Of a DNA stretch of 64,000 nucleotides, positions 11,878 through 24,747 are shown one piece after another. The position numbers were made by a program, and so were the translations under genes. Source of the stretch: Puccinia triticina (Eukaryota); assembly GCA_026914245.1 (NCBI GenBank), contig CP110439.1:3782001-3846000 (forward strand), given 5' to 3'. How positions within the stretch are numbered: position 1 is the stretch's first letter; each line of letters opens with the position of its first letter. The notes under the pieces are model-generated. The model made no database searches and was not told where the DNA came from. It worked only from the letters and a program-made list of their open reading frames with translations.

Positions 11878-14328
11878 GCCGTTGGTAATGAGCTTTTTGA
11901 TAGATTTTCTGGTTTGCTTTTCGAAGAAAGTTTTATATTCGAGGATGGCTGCCGGTGCTTCACTCTTGAGCTTGAGGATCTCGGTGTGGATATAGCTAGT
12001 ATGATGATCAACCAGTGTTAAGAAGTAGCAGGCGCCTCCGTTGGTGGCTGGCGATATTGGGCCAACAAGGTCAGCGTGAACGGTTTCCAGAGGGGCAGTG
12101 GTCGCTTTGAAGTGGCTGTTATATGAAATTTTGGTTACTTTCCCCTTCATGCACGCGTTGCAAGCTCTTGTGGCCTCAGTAGAGAAAGGTTTATTGAGCA
12201 TTGACTCAATTTGCTTCTTGCTAGCGTGTCCCATCCTCTTGTGCCATTGATCAAAATCGTTGGGTTTCGATGCCGGTGCGGCTTCAGAGAGATTGGCCAT
12301 TGGTTGTTCCTGAAGGTCCCGCAGTCCAATGATCTCAAAGATTGAGTTAGAGGTGTCAATCGCTAGAGCCGCTAGGTCGTCAATTTTTACCTCAAAGCCG
12401 CAGGGAGCCGGTGTGATCGCTGCCGAGTTCTCCATCAGCTGAGCGAATGAGATTCGAATGAGATTAGGCTTCGGGTGAGATTGGGCACATAGAGTGCATC
12501 CTTTAGGACAATAACAGCTCCGTTGTCAAATTTGAGCGTGGCTGTACCCTTGGCTACCGCGAAAAGCTCGTTGCGGTCCCATTTATTACCGGTAGCAATA
12601 CTGATTCGAACAGGAGTCGTTGTGTCAAACATGTCAATAGTATTGATCATGTGGTGGCTTGCTCCCGAGTCCAAGACCATTCTTAGCTTTCCTTCAGTTT
12701 GATTTGGACCGGTCAAGTAGCCGAAGGTCGGGCGTGCGATGCTGGCTGGCGGAGTAGGCTCTTGCGCAACCGTTGTGACAAGGCTGGTCGGAGGAGCACC
12801 GGTTCTTGCCTTTTTGTATAAACCGGGGTGAAGCGTCCAGCAGTTCTCCTTGGTATGACAAGTGGCGAGAGGGTTATGTTGCTTGTTAGTGCAGGGGTGT
12901 GGATTGAAGCGCCGTTTTTTCTGCTGATTTCCACGATTTCCGGAGTGTTGCGCTTGCGTCGCCAGCGCAGTGGATGACCCGGCAGTTGGTTCTTCTTCCC
13001 TATTCATAGTTGCCAAAACTGCGTTGTGATGGGCGATGTCCCGCAGTTTTGCAATAATCTGCTTTGGATGCGAAAGCATTTTGGCGTTGCTGATTAACGT
13101 TTCCATAAGCGAAGGCCTTTTCTGGGAAATCTGTGCGATGATAGTGCAGCTGAGGATAGTTCCGGGAACATCCAATCCCATAGCTGCAAACTCCGCCAAC
13201 ATCGATTCAAGTCGCGTAATGTAGCGGTTGATATCATTGTTGTATTGAATATCCTCCCATTTTTGCCACGCGTGATAGATGGCGAGCACCGATGCTGAAG
13301 CATATTCGCCTTTGAGTTCTTTCCACAGGGCAAAGGCGTCGTTGACATTTTCATCGGTGATGATGTGGTTATAGATATTGTCCTCAATGTGACCGCTGAT
13401 AATGGTGGCGGCTTGAACGTACTCCAATTTTACTTGCTCGGATGCATTGGGGGCTAGCGGTTCTTCTATGCACTTCATGAGACTCTTGACGGCGAGGTAG
13501 GTCTTGACCTTTTGCTGCCAGATAGGAAAGTTCTTCCCATTGAATGTCGGGCATTTGAACAAATCGCGTTCATCGCTGGATGTCGTGGAGACATTTGCGT
13601 TTGATGAGGAAGCAGCAGGCGTTTGCCGAGTGCCGGCCATTTGGATCCGCTCTTAGTTGTGAAAATGAGGTCAAGGGATTCTGAGATCAAGACTGTAAAT
13701 CTGTGAGATTTCACAGAACCAAGATTTATTTCATTATGAGTGAGAGGTCTATCTGTCAGGCACAGAGACTGAGAGAATAATGAGAAACAACAATTACCTA
13801 AGAGCGGATAAGAGGCCGACTCTGGTGATGATATGAAATAAAGAATTGAGAGTAAAAAGGGCTGCAGAGCAGCTTGGACCATGCGTTGATGGCTGGGGAC
13901 AGATGTATCTGTATGATGAATTGGTCACTGCGAGTGGCGTCAGTGACTGGGCTTCCTAAGGGTAAGCTTGAGAGGTTTTTCTCTTACAGGGACTCGGTTG
14001 GTGTTGCGCTCAACACTAGCCAATCCGAGCTGAGAGATTGCAGGAGCTGCTGATTTCTATGTTCACATGATAGCGGTCAACTTCTTGCAATCCTAAATGA
14101 GCACTGCAGCGCAGGACTTACCTCCTCTTGAGGGGCTGGTGATCCTGTCGCTGAGGCTTGAACCGGAACGGTCTTGATTGGCATCGGAAGCTGGCGTGCT
14201 GTATCACAGAGTAAACTCTTGTCAGCATCGCTGTCCTAGCTTTGACGATCCCAGCTTATCTACTAGTCTTAAAGAGGTTTGGGTTTGCTTGGGTCGCTTG
14301 GGCGCTTCGTCTTTTGCTGACGTGGCTA

Positions 14329-16306
14329 CACCCGGGGAGTCCATCCACGGGGAAATCACGCGGAATCCACGAGGACTCCACGTGGTAGCCGCGCGCGAGG
14401 TCGGACCAGCGGCTGCTGGTCCACACGTTCACGTGACCTCCACCAAGTGGATCACGGGGGCACCTCGTGATGGCCCCGAGGATTCCACGAATACTTACAG
14501 ATCTGTACCCGTGGAATCCACGTGGCCACGTAGGCGAGGCTGAAAAATTTAGCGGGATGAACCCGTTAAAAATTGCCATCAGTGTGACTCAAACCCACAA
14601 CAAGCACAGGGAGCCTGGGTGAGAGGGAGTGCTACACAACACTGCCAGCAAACAGGTGACGTAATCCGGATTTCGTCGCGCTGACGTAATCCAGATTCCA
14701 ATTCAAACCCGCGCCCCGGGTGTGTCGTCACCTGTTGTGGATTTTGTCACCTGCCATTCTCAGTGGCAGGTGCAAGACAAAAGCACGACTCTCTTGATGG
14801 CCGGTGCTAACCGGTCATCAAGGGGACACACACACCTCCCTTGGTGGCCCGTCTGGACCGGCCATCAAGAGGAACACACAACATTATCTCGTTGACCGGT
14901 CAGTACCGGCCAGCAAGAGTAAGGCACTGTTTGCACTCTTGATGGCCGCTACTGACCGGCCATCAAAAGGTGACACATATACCCCTCGGTGGCCTGTCAG
15001 TACACCGGCCATCGAGACGAAAACACTAAACTCTTGATGGCCCATACTGGCCGGCCATTGAGAGCAAAACTCTCTTGGTGATGTGTATACACATCACCCT
15101 TGATGGCCCGTCAGTACCGGCCATTGAGAGGAACATAATACACTCTTGATGGCCTGGACTGATCGGCCATCGAGAGGACATGCGCATCTCGCACAGTGAC
15201 CCAACTGGTCATTGAGAGCAAAGCGCTTCACTCTCGATGGCCAGTCAGCGCAGGCCATTGAGAGTGTAGTATATTCCTCTTGATGGCCGGTACTGACAGG
15301 CCATCGAGTGGGGTGTGTATTTCCTCTCAAATTTCAATGGCCAATCGGTCCAGGCCATCAAGGGTGTATTATGTTCCTCTCAATGGCCGGTACTGACGGG
15401 CCATCGAGGGTGATGTGTATACACATCACCAAGAGAGTTTTGCTCTCGATGACCAGCCAGTACGGGCCATCAAGAGTTTAGTGTTTTTGTCTTGATGGCC
15501 GGTGTACTGACAGGCCATCGAGGGGTATGTGTATCACCTCTTGATGGCCGGTCAGTAGCGGCCATCGAGAGTATAAATAGTGCTTTACTCTTGTGGCCGG
15601 TACTGACCGGCCATCGAGAGGGTGTAGGGTGTTCCTCTTGATGGCTGGTACAGACGGGCCATCAAGGGAGCTAGGTGTGTGTGTCCCCTCGATGACCGGC
15701 TAGCACCGGCCATTGAGGGAGTGGTGCTCTCTTGCACCTGCCACTGAGAATGGCAGGTGACGAAATCCACAACAGGTGACGACACACCCGGGGCGCGAGT
15801 TTGAATTTGAGTTTGGATTTCGTCAGCGCGACGAAATCCGGGTTACGTCAGCTGTTTGCTGGCAGTGCAACACAGCCATTTCACATTCCTGTATCATGCT
15901 TCTTTACACTCTATCACCCCCCCAAACGATGGTTTGCGATAGGTTTTTTTCTTAAGTTTTTTTTTTTCAAGTTTTTTTTTCCTCTCTTCAAAATCAAGTT
16001 TTGTTGGACTTTCAAAACCTCAGGACCAGCCTGAGGTGGTCTTGGCTGGAAGTAAAAAAAAAAAAAATGCCGTGGAACCGACGTGAGCAACGAGCTGACG
16101 TGGTCTCCACGCGTGCCAGGAAGGCACATCGTGGAACTGACGGGGAAAAGTGTGAAGCCCATCGGTTCCACGTGGAAAAATAGCGTTTCGTGGAACCGAC
16201 GAGCTTACCGAGCGAGGGGTTACCGAGCCGATCCTTGTCGGCTCCACGGATTACCCTCCTCTCGTCGGTTCCACAAACGGGCGGGGCAGGAAGTACCCCC
16301 GCCGTG
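14329..16306. mobile_element. Possible non-autonomous DNA element with CCACGTGG/GTGGAACC repeats, itself interrupted by the 14640-15867 element
   Basis: TA-CACCCGGGG ... CCCCGCCGTG-TA imperfect ends, and the same ccacgtgg-type repeats on both sides of the inner element. Confidence 0.35.
14640..15867. mobile_element. CACTA-like (CACTG-terminal) non-autonomous foldback element
   Basis: CACTGCCAGCAAACAG ... CTGTTTGCTGGCAGTG termini with 3-bp TSD CAA/CAA. Inverted symmetry covers most of the 1228 bp. Internal arrays of tcttgatggcc...ggccatcaaga palindromes. Confidence 0.9.
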
Positions 16307-16309
16307 TAC

Positions 16310-16466
16310 TACCTGAGAGGAGCGTCATGCATATGCATGCGCCTGAGGGTCGCGCGGACTCACCGATCCCCCTTGCGGGGTTAGGTTTCAGTTCCTTGCG
16401 CTTCCTTTGCTCAGGGCCTGGGCCCGAGTCTTGGACTTGCTCAGGGCCTTGGCCCGAGTCTTGACA
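16310..16466. mobile_element. LTR terminus (...CGAGTCTTGACA) abutting the truncated gag of the second Copia
   Basis: Ends in TGACA exactly where Copia gag coding sequence begins mid-domain. It holds a ~30-bp direct repeat (tgctcagggcct.ggcccgagtcttg). The other end was not located. Confidence 0.45.
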
Positions 16467-19400
16467 TAGCCGACGACGTCAACACAGAACTCAAGCTCCT
16501 CTTCATCTCGAAGATGGATAGTGTGACTCACAATAACATAGTCACAGCAGACAATAGAGGATTGGCAAAGGATCTCTGGAAGGCGATCAAGGATTGATTC
16601 GCCTCGGACAAGTCGTCAAATAGAGCGAGAGTTTTCAACGAATTCTTGTATGTCAAATTCAGAGAAGATGCTCTCAAGGCGTTTGAGACCGACATCAAAG
16701 TTGCGATCAAGAAGCTCGTCGACGTTGGAATCCATCTCCCTCAAGATATCCTTGCGTACCTCATACTGTTCAAGCTACCTGAGACTCTCCAACTGCTCAA
16801 ACGACAGATTATGCATTCCAATCATCTAACGCAGTTCAACAATGAAAACAAAGCTGAAACAAAAGATCCCTCATCGACTACTCAAGCTGCGCTAGTCTCA
16901 ACTAGGAATCAAAAGTCAAGTCGAAACAACGGTCAAAAAGGAGGACAGGAAGCGAGCAGAGGAAATCGGTGCACAGCTGGATATCACAATCCCAAGCAAG
17001 ATGCTAATCACTCGTCCGACTCATGCTGGCATCTTCATTCAGACAGTGCCCCGGAATGGTGGCGAGAAGCGCAGGCAAAATACCAGGCAAGCAAGAGTAA
17101 CGTCAACTATTACCTATCCCTGGTCACACTCTGGACCAAGATCGGCAACCCTAAATTCAAAATTGTGTTAGACAGCGGAGCTTCAGCACATATCTTCAAT
17201 GACACCAAATTCTTCAACAAATTGGAGCTTGGAGATCGGGATGTAATACGAACCGGAAAAGAAGGCGCTACACTACCGATCAAGGGTGTTGGTCGCGTCA
17301 TTCTGCAATGGGGAAATTCAACAATCGCCATCAAGGACTGTCTGTATGTTCCTGATATCGTCATCAACCTCATAAGCGCAGGAGTTTTGCTGGAAAAGGG
17401 TTGCGAAATCATCGCCAAAAAGGACTTCTTTGACGTATCAAAGGACAGAATCTGTCGCTTCAAAGGGAAAGTTGATAATCACCTGTTCGTGGTCGACAAT
17501 CCAGACTCGGTAGGGGGTACAGTCAAATACTCGGCACACTTCACAGAATCACCCAATGAATCTCTTCGATCAATTCACGAGTCGTTTGGACATGCCTCTT
17601 TACAACGTCTAGAACAGTTCATACCCTCTTTGATCTCAAAAGCTGAGAAGGATGGATTTGAGTGTAAGGCGTGCACCCTCTCCAAAATCACCAAACAGCC
17701 GTTCAAATCCAAGTCAGAACCTGCCTCAAAAGTGCTTGAGAGGATCCATCTCAACATTATTGGGCCTATCACTCCCGAATCAAAGATCAAGTCAAGATTC
17801 ATCCTCACACTGGTCTACAATTACTCGGGTTACTTAGCTGGATTCCCTCTTTCAAAGAAGGATGACACAACCGAAGTCCTTATTAATCTTCTCGAGTCTG
17901 AGAACAAACGACGTGGCTATTTCCCCAACTTGATCTGCTCCGACGGAGGAGGTGAATTCACGGGGAATAGGTTAGTCAACTTTCTGGAAAAACATCACAT
18001 CCAGAGACTAATTTCCAAACCCTATCATCCCAAACACAACGGTAGAGCAGAGCGAGCAAACAGAACTATCGTCGAGTCAATGAGAGCAACATTTCGTGCT
18101 TCTGGGATAGCAAAGAACTTCTGGCACAAAGTGTTCAAATCATGCTGCTTAATGTTGAATCAAATTCCGCGAAAAGGCAAGACCGAATCTCCTTGGGAAC
18201 TCGTCCACGGCAAAAAGTTTCCCGCCAACTTCCTGAAACCTCTTGGAAGCACGGCAGTGGTGCTGAACATGAACAGGGTTAAAGGAAGGAAGTTCGAAGT
18301 CAAAGGACAGGAAGGCCGACTTGTAGGTTTCAACACCCTACTTCAGTCATACAGAATTATCAGTCAAAACAGTGCTATAATTGATTCAAATCACGTCCGT
18401 TTCCTGAAAATGCCTCAGACCGATCTCAAATCATCAAGTGACAACGACTTTTACCCTGAAAGATTCTCCGAAGTCTCAGATCCAACTCTGCCAGCCCAAT
18501 TGGGTCAGAAAGATCAACAACCTGAAGATCCTGAGTCGTCGAGTCAGGAAGGGATAGATTCACAACAAATTGACAGTGATACTGACTCCACTGACTCAGA
18601 CTCACAATCCAATGACGAAGTCTCTCAAGCGCTGAAGCCAAAAGAACTCGAAAAATCGGAATCTATTGCAAGGACGTTAAGAGACAGGTCAACCATCAAA
18701 CCTCCAGTACGCTTCGGATTCCACCATTACTACAAACCCAACAATTTTGAATCAGCTATACGGTGCTCCAACGAAAAATTCTGGAGGACGGCTATCGAGA
18801 AAGAAGTCAATTCAATCAAGAATCACGAGGTTTGGGACAACCACTATACCAAGCCTCCGAATCCACTCGACACAACTTGGGTCTTTAAGATTAAAGACAA
18901 CTGCCATGGGGATCCGATCAAACACAAAGCAAGACTATGTGTTCAAGGATTTGACCAGATCGAAGGTGTCGACCACGGGGAGACATTTGCCCCAACTGGA
19001 AAGGTATCGACTCTAAAGATGATTCTCCTCTACGCCCTACACCAAAATCTTCAGATAACACAATTCGACGTTCAGGAAGCCTTCCTACACACTCCTCTAT
19101 CCGAAGACGTCTACATCAAAACTCCAAAAGGAGTCAATCGCAAGGCACCATACCTCAAATTAAAAAAAGCACTATACGGACTCAAGCAAGCACCAAAGAA
19201 TTGGTACAAAACTCTAGCATCTTGGCTTGAGTCTATAGGCTTTCACGAATCAAATTGTGACCCTTGTCTCTATCTGTGCAAGGATGGTGTCTCCAGAATA
19301 TTCTTCCATGTCGATGACCTGGTTTTAGTGGGACCGGGTAATCAATTCAAAGAAAAATTTGCTGAACGATTCTCCAACTCTTCTTGTCACGACCCAAACA

Positions 19401-20341
19401 CGATTTGAGAGAATCGGAAACAAAATCTTACTATCACAACCCAAACACATCGAGCATTTACTAGAAGAACTGGGTCTCTTAAATTGCAAACCCTCAATTA
19501 CTCCACTGACTCCAAACCTCAAACTCAAAGAAGCAAGCAACAAAGACCACGCTCTGTTCAAGAAAGAAAATGTCAACTACAGATCCGCTATTGGCCTCAT
19601 GAACTACATAGCTGGATACACTCGCCCCGACATCAGCTTTGCTGTATCTAGTCTAGCGCGGTACTCAATCAAACCCGGAATGACGCACTGGCACGAAGTC
19701 AAGAAAGTGTGGCAATACTTGCAACACATGAAAAATCTAAAACTCACACTTGACATCTGCAGACCCAATCAACTTCTTGAAATATACAGCGATGCCTCTT
19801 GGGGGGACGACCCAGTTCATCGGACCTCTCAATCAGGATATCTCTGCTATTTGTTTGGTGCTCTCGTTTCCTGGAATAGTTGCAGACAACATAATGTAAC
19901 CTACTCTTCCACAGAGGCTGAACTCAACCCGCTGGTCGATTCATTTCACAAAGGTGCATGGCTAAAGGCTCTTCTTTCCAACATTTGGGATCTCCAAATT
20001 GATGCAGCTACTCACTACATTGACGACAAGGAACTGAACGATTGACTCATGATGAATGGAGAGGACTTCAAGGAAAAATTTGCCAACTCTCACTACATCG
20101 ACAACAAGGGCCTTGACGACAAACTCAAGAAATTCGGATCCAACCCAAAAACTCGCCACATCGATCTCAAGACTAAAGGCATTCTTCAAGAGCTCAAGCA
20201 TAAAAACATAAAAATCATCCTCATTTGGACTTGCCGACGCTTTGACAAAAGCCGCTCCAAAATCCTCAATTTTCAATCTCACCAAAACCATTGATCCTGG
20301 ATTCACATCTCCTGAGGTAAAAGCTCACAAGCCACGGGGAG
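16467..20341 (+). pseudogene. Ty1/Copia retrotransposon gag-pol, 5'-truncated and decayed
   Basis: Protease VLDSGASAH, HESFGH..CKAC, integrase SDGGGEF / HNGRAERANRT, RT KARLCVQG / LYGLKQAP / FHVDDL, RNase H YSDASW / SSTEAE. Stops at 16595 and 20043, frameshift at ~19400, PPT ggggag before the LTR. Confidence 0.93.
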
Positions 20342-20754
20342 TGTAAAAATCACAGTCATTTCACACTCGTGACATCTCTTCTTCCTTGTCTCTCCTTCTT
20401 CCTTTTTCTTCCCTCTTTCTTTAACTCTCCTTATCATCCCTTCAACTCCGCCAAACTCGACATCAACTCAACTCAACAACAATCAGTCACATAACTCAAT
20501 CCTCCTAATCCACTTCAACTCCCTCTTCCTGTTCTTTTCTTACAACTCGCCTCTTTGATCTTTGTCTGGTGAGACCTTACCCCAATCCGCTCAAATCCCG
20601 TTCCAGCTCATCAACTAACATCTCGACCTCAGCTTCTGCTCTTCTCAATCTTCCCTCTTAGTCCTGACATTCTCAACAGCCTCATCTTTTATATGCCTTT
20701 GCTTGTTTCCATGTTGGTTCTCATTCTCCTCTTCTTCTTTCCCTCATCATCATG
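20342..20754 (+). mobile_element. Copia 3' LTR, left part (split by the giant CACTA insertion)
   Basis: Begins TGTAAAAA immediately after the PPT and is pyrimidine-rich. Similar composition resumes after 52096. Confidence 0.7.
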
Positions 20755-22066
20755 CACCAGGGGAGATATGTTCCCACTCCCCAGGGAGTGCCACACCGCA
20801 ACTTTTTTCCATAACTGTGCTGGAGCCCTTTAGCAAGTAAAGCTTAATGAACATTGATATAGTTGTGGAAATCAGCCAGAAGTGGTCTGGAACTCATCTG
20901 GAAAGTCTTCTCATCACACAGAAACAATTTATTCAGAACTGATGCACAACATACCTTGAAGCCATCCAGAAGAGATCAATAAGTACCTCACAATTGAACT
21001 TGAACTAATCTGGTAATCCTTCAAAACTAATGTTGAAATTTCCCCCAGAACTCAAGGGAAGCTCAGTTGTAACTCAACTGGAACATATCAAAGATGTTTC
21101 CCAAAAGCAGAATTGAATTCATATAGAAATTTGTTTATTGCACCAGTTTGTTGTAACATATGTTAATGGAAAGGATGTTTTTTTCTTGCATTTCTGCGCA
21201 AAGCCAGCCATCAACTTGCTCCTGGAAATACTTAACTATGATGTGTTCTATTTACAATGCCCCACCAAATAATATGATGTTGCCAAAGTACAAAATCTTC
21301 ATGAAATGCAAGCCGTTGTTCATGGCATTGCCAAGTGATCAGGTTTTTGATCATTCCATTTTGTTGTTACATGGTCATTGATGTTTAGATTTCTGCATCA
21401 ATCAACTCCAGTGAAATAAGTGCTAAAAAGGCCAGATTGAAATTGATTACAGCTCTGAATGGCTTAAATAATGCCCAATCAAATTCCAAAGTAAAAATTT
21501 TTGTTTCGACAATTATGATCACAGTATAAAATCCAGTCAAAGAAGTGGGGGAGTTGTTGGATTGGTTTCTGAAAGGTGATTTCATCCTCAATTGCAATAT
21601 GCAGTGAAAAATGCTTGCAGTGTCTCAAATTCCACAAGGGAGAGAAAGTAACAAAGCTCATACATCAATGAGCAAATTTCATGTCAACTGGAACCAGAAA
21701 TCTAAAGCTGCTTTACTGTTACAAAAGTTCAAGCACACTACATGAGCACTTTGACTATTTTCAGCGTGGTTTGATTCTGTTGAGAAAGAAACTCAACTGG
21801 TTCTGCATGGAAACTTAAAAATCCACATGGATTGCAATCATTGGTTTGTTGTAAATTGAATTCTTCAATTGTTGAAATCAAGTTTAACAAATTTTAATTC
21901 AAAGCAATTTTTGTCTCAAACAAGAGGGAGGCTTGAATTTGATCGAAGATAGATCACTTCAAGAAATGGGGAGAACAAAAGTTTTCGAAATTAATGAACA
22001 TAAACAACAATGGAGGAAAGGGTTACATTTCACATAAAACTAATTGTCAAAACATTTGGAAAACAA

Positions 22067-23146
22067 CTAGTTCTTTCTTTTCTTGGGAGGAGCGTTTGCA
22101 TTATCGATTTGATTCTGCAATCCACCAATATCTAATTTTTTTTTGTATAGGCCATTGATATAGGCAGTAATAGCATGAGCCATCCTCCTGTTTATCTGAC
22201 AGGAAAATCCAAGCCTGGTATACATGTCAGTAGGTGAACATCCAGGAAGAGTTTGATGGCAATAGTCTTGGGATCTGAATACACAGAGCGTCACACCGAG
22301 AGTTTTGTTCAAGTCTATACAGACTTGAAAATCGCGAAACGAGAACTGACCACCCTCCATATCGAACAACTCATCCGCCAACACTTGAGGATTATCTGGG
22401 TTTTTGGGGTTGAAGATCGGAATCCAACCAACAAGTGTCCAGTCGTTCACATCATTATTGGTGTGTGGAATATTGTAAAAGTCGTACATCGTGAACGTCA
22501 GGAAAGAGGAGAAGTCAGCCAATGTGTAGGGTTCGCCATACTCTGTGTGATTCATGGAGGGGTATTGATTGGCGATGAGAAGTTCTTGATTAGCTTTGTG
22601 TACACCAGGTGCAAAGCTTCTCAATTTGTCGGAGATCCACTGTCCAGCTTCGAGAAGGCGAGCTTTCTGGTCCTCCGGGTCGAATTTCAGAAGTTTCATT
22701 TGTTTCCGCAAAAACTCCAGAGAACAGAACCGTCCAAAATGTTCAGTGTTCTTTGAACATTTCCGCCAGCCATTGCCCCATAAAGATCGACGACGTTGGG
22801 GCCCTTTGGTGTTGATTTCGGCAACATAGTCAATCCGGCTGAGAAGATGCAGGACAAATTTCTCCCAACCTTTGTATTTGCTGGCCGCCATTGTTTCGAA
22901 CGGATACCAAGCTACCATGAAGAAGGGAGGGAGGTTGTTTGGCGCCACAATGCAAACACCATGCGTCAGGGAGACATATTCTTCACGGATTGTTTTGTCG
23001 GACGTAATTTCTTCTTTGGGGCATGGATCATGTTGACGAGATGGTGGCACGGTACGGTGGTAGATATTTGTGTGCTGGCCGGGGTTACAAAGCGGTGCTT
23101 CTCTTTTTGCCTTGTCTCGAGCAAATCGCTTAGCATCCTTGCCCAT
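22067..23146 (-). CDS. TET/JBP-like 2OG-Fe(II) dioxygenase (HxD reads HxN)
   Basis: Intact 359-aa ORF with DSBH-type motifs SFLTFT..FYN.PHTNND, GGQFSF...IDL..GVTLCVF...HQT and TRLGFSCQI, as in fungal Tet-like proteins. Confidence 0.78.
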   Translation of the reverse strand: MGKDAKRFARDKAKREAPLCNPGQHTNIYHRTVPPSRQHDPCPKEEITSDKTIREEYVSLTHGVCIVAPNNLPPFFMVAWYPFETMAASKYKGWEKFVLHLLSRIDYVAEINTKGPQRRRSLWGNGWRKCSKNTEHFGRFCSLEFLRKQMKLLKFDPEDQKARLLEAGQWISDKLRSFAPGVHKANQELLIANQYPSMNHTEYGEPYTLADFSSFLTFTMYDFYNIPHTNNDVNDWTLVGWIPIFNPKNPDNPQVLADELFDMEGGQFSFRDFQVCIDLNKTLGVTLCVFRSQDYCHQTLPGCSPTDMYTRLGFSCQINRRMAHAITAYINGLYKKKLDIGGLQNQIDNANAPPKKRKN

Positions 23147-23518
23147 TTGCAGACGTTTACCAGGGCTACATGATCAAAATCACAGTTCAAATCAGCAACA
23201 AAATCCACGGCAATTCAATATAACAGTCAGATCAGCAATGATTGTCTCGTCTGAATGAGCTTGAGCATCTGCTCTGGGAATGGTATCCCTGAGAAAGTGC
23301 GGTGTACTTGGGAGTAGCCGTGGCACGGATGATGTGCACGCCGACTGCACTACTCCTTCGTAACACCAACACCTCCCAGGTCCAACAATTTCCCCAAGAA
23401 TTAGTGCATTGTAGAATCAGCCGTGGCATGGATGATATGCACGCCTACTGCACTAATTCTACGCAACACCAATTTTGAGGAGCATCAAAATTGAGGCCAT
23501 CTAGATAATTAGGATAAC

Positions 23519-24747
23519 TCACGGTGGATCATTAGTGGGGTACATTTCAAGTGGTAGAGCCAGAATTGTATCGCTGAGAGCTCCAAATGCCAGCTGAAAA
23601 TCCCGTGGATTTGTGGACAAACGAACCATTTCCGAGCAGTCAAGCGTGTGGTAGAGCAAGGGAGTGAGGGGCAGGCCTGAAGTTGTTTTATCGCCACCGA
23701 ACAGATAGACTGTTTCACCCCATGCAGCTGTAAGCTGCCCGCAATTCATCATTTCCGCGGTTCCCTCGGAAGCGACCTGATACCAAACATAACCTATAAC
23801 AAAAAAATTGGAGGTTCAGATGTGGTGCAAACAAAATTGGACTGATATACATATGTAGCATTAGAGAAAATTACTCAGGAGGTCCAAGGCCCAAATGTCG
23901 GAAAGGTTGGTCTTTTCGCCATCCAATCCACCCAAAATGATCATTTTATCACCAAGGCGGAGTGCTGAATGATTTTGGCGCAGAGGGGGAAACAATCCTG
24001 AACATGCCACAGATTTCCACACCTTTTGCCAAAAGTTGTACTCCCATACGTCATTGAAAACACTCCCAGAACTCGAACCACCAAAGACAATCCACGCGGA
24101 AGCATATACAATTGCTGAATGGCCGGTACGCGCAGCTGGGGGGCAGGGGTATGAAATCTTCTCCCAGAACGAGTTGCAGTTTACTAGAGGAGAGAATTTA
24201 GGTAAGAGATATTTGTCAGCTTTGTAATTATGGATGCACAAGAAACAAAAACAATCTTACAGTGGTCTAGGTCTATTCGACACAGACTATCATGGACATA
24301 GCCTTTTGGGTCAGTGCCAGCATAGACATAAAAAAAGCCTTCAAATATCGTCGTAGTTGATCCAAACATGGCAGCTGGACAGGTGCCAACGACTCTGTAG
24401 CGGCTCCAGGAACTGGTCGCTAGCAAAAGGGAATAGAGCTGTGTATCGTGCTCGGAATGATCGGTGTTGGTGATACCGGCCCAGAGAAACAAATGACCAT
24501 CTGCTGCGGCTAAGAGAGGATCAGATCGAGGAGTTGGCGCTGGACCTCGCGTGGCAACTACTTTAGCGGTTAAGTTTGGCGTTGGGGTGTCTGGATCAGA
24601 GCTGAAAGAGTATAGATCACCCTGCACAACACCATTAAACGATCCACCAAACGAGAAGATGATTGGTGGATTGACCAGCGGGAAATAGACGGTTGAGCCG
24701 CTTCTTGTCCGAGGCAGAGGCGGCTGGAGGGGAAAAGAGGTTGACAT
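23519..24747 (-). CDS. Kelch-repeat (beta-propeller) protein, at least 3 exons; 3' end uncertain
   Basis: Repeated Kelch units: FSFGGS..GDLY, PTPRS..LFLWAG, PAARTGHSA..IVFGG..FNDVWEY, LRQNHSA..IILGG..LSDIWAL, VYLFGG. GT-AG introns at ~24260-24184 and ~23874-23777. Confidence 0.8.

Larger units (their letters stand above)
7924..13640 (-). pseudogene. Ty1/Copia retrotransposon gag-protease-integrase, interrupted by a hAT element and truncated before RT
   Basis: Gag FNGKNFPIWQ, protease VLDSGASHHM, GAG-pre WHKRMGH..CNAC, integrase HADL / (I)T(D)G|GGEF / PQHNGFAERANRT. Frameshift at ~12435-12450. Confidence 0.9.

Noticed and set aside
14790..15720. Regularly spaced palindromic repeats resembling a CRISPR array
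   Set aside because: Eukaryotic context with no cas genes. The repeats are degenerate, mirror-symmetric and enclosed by TIRs with a TSD.
20800..22000. Possible decayed gene inside the left TIR
   Set aside because: Many stops in the frames I tried and no identifiable motif, so it cannot be supported.
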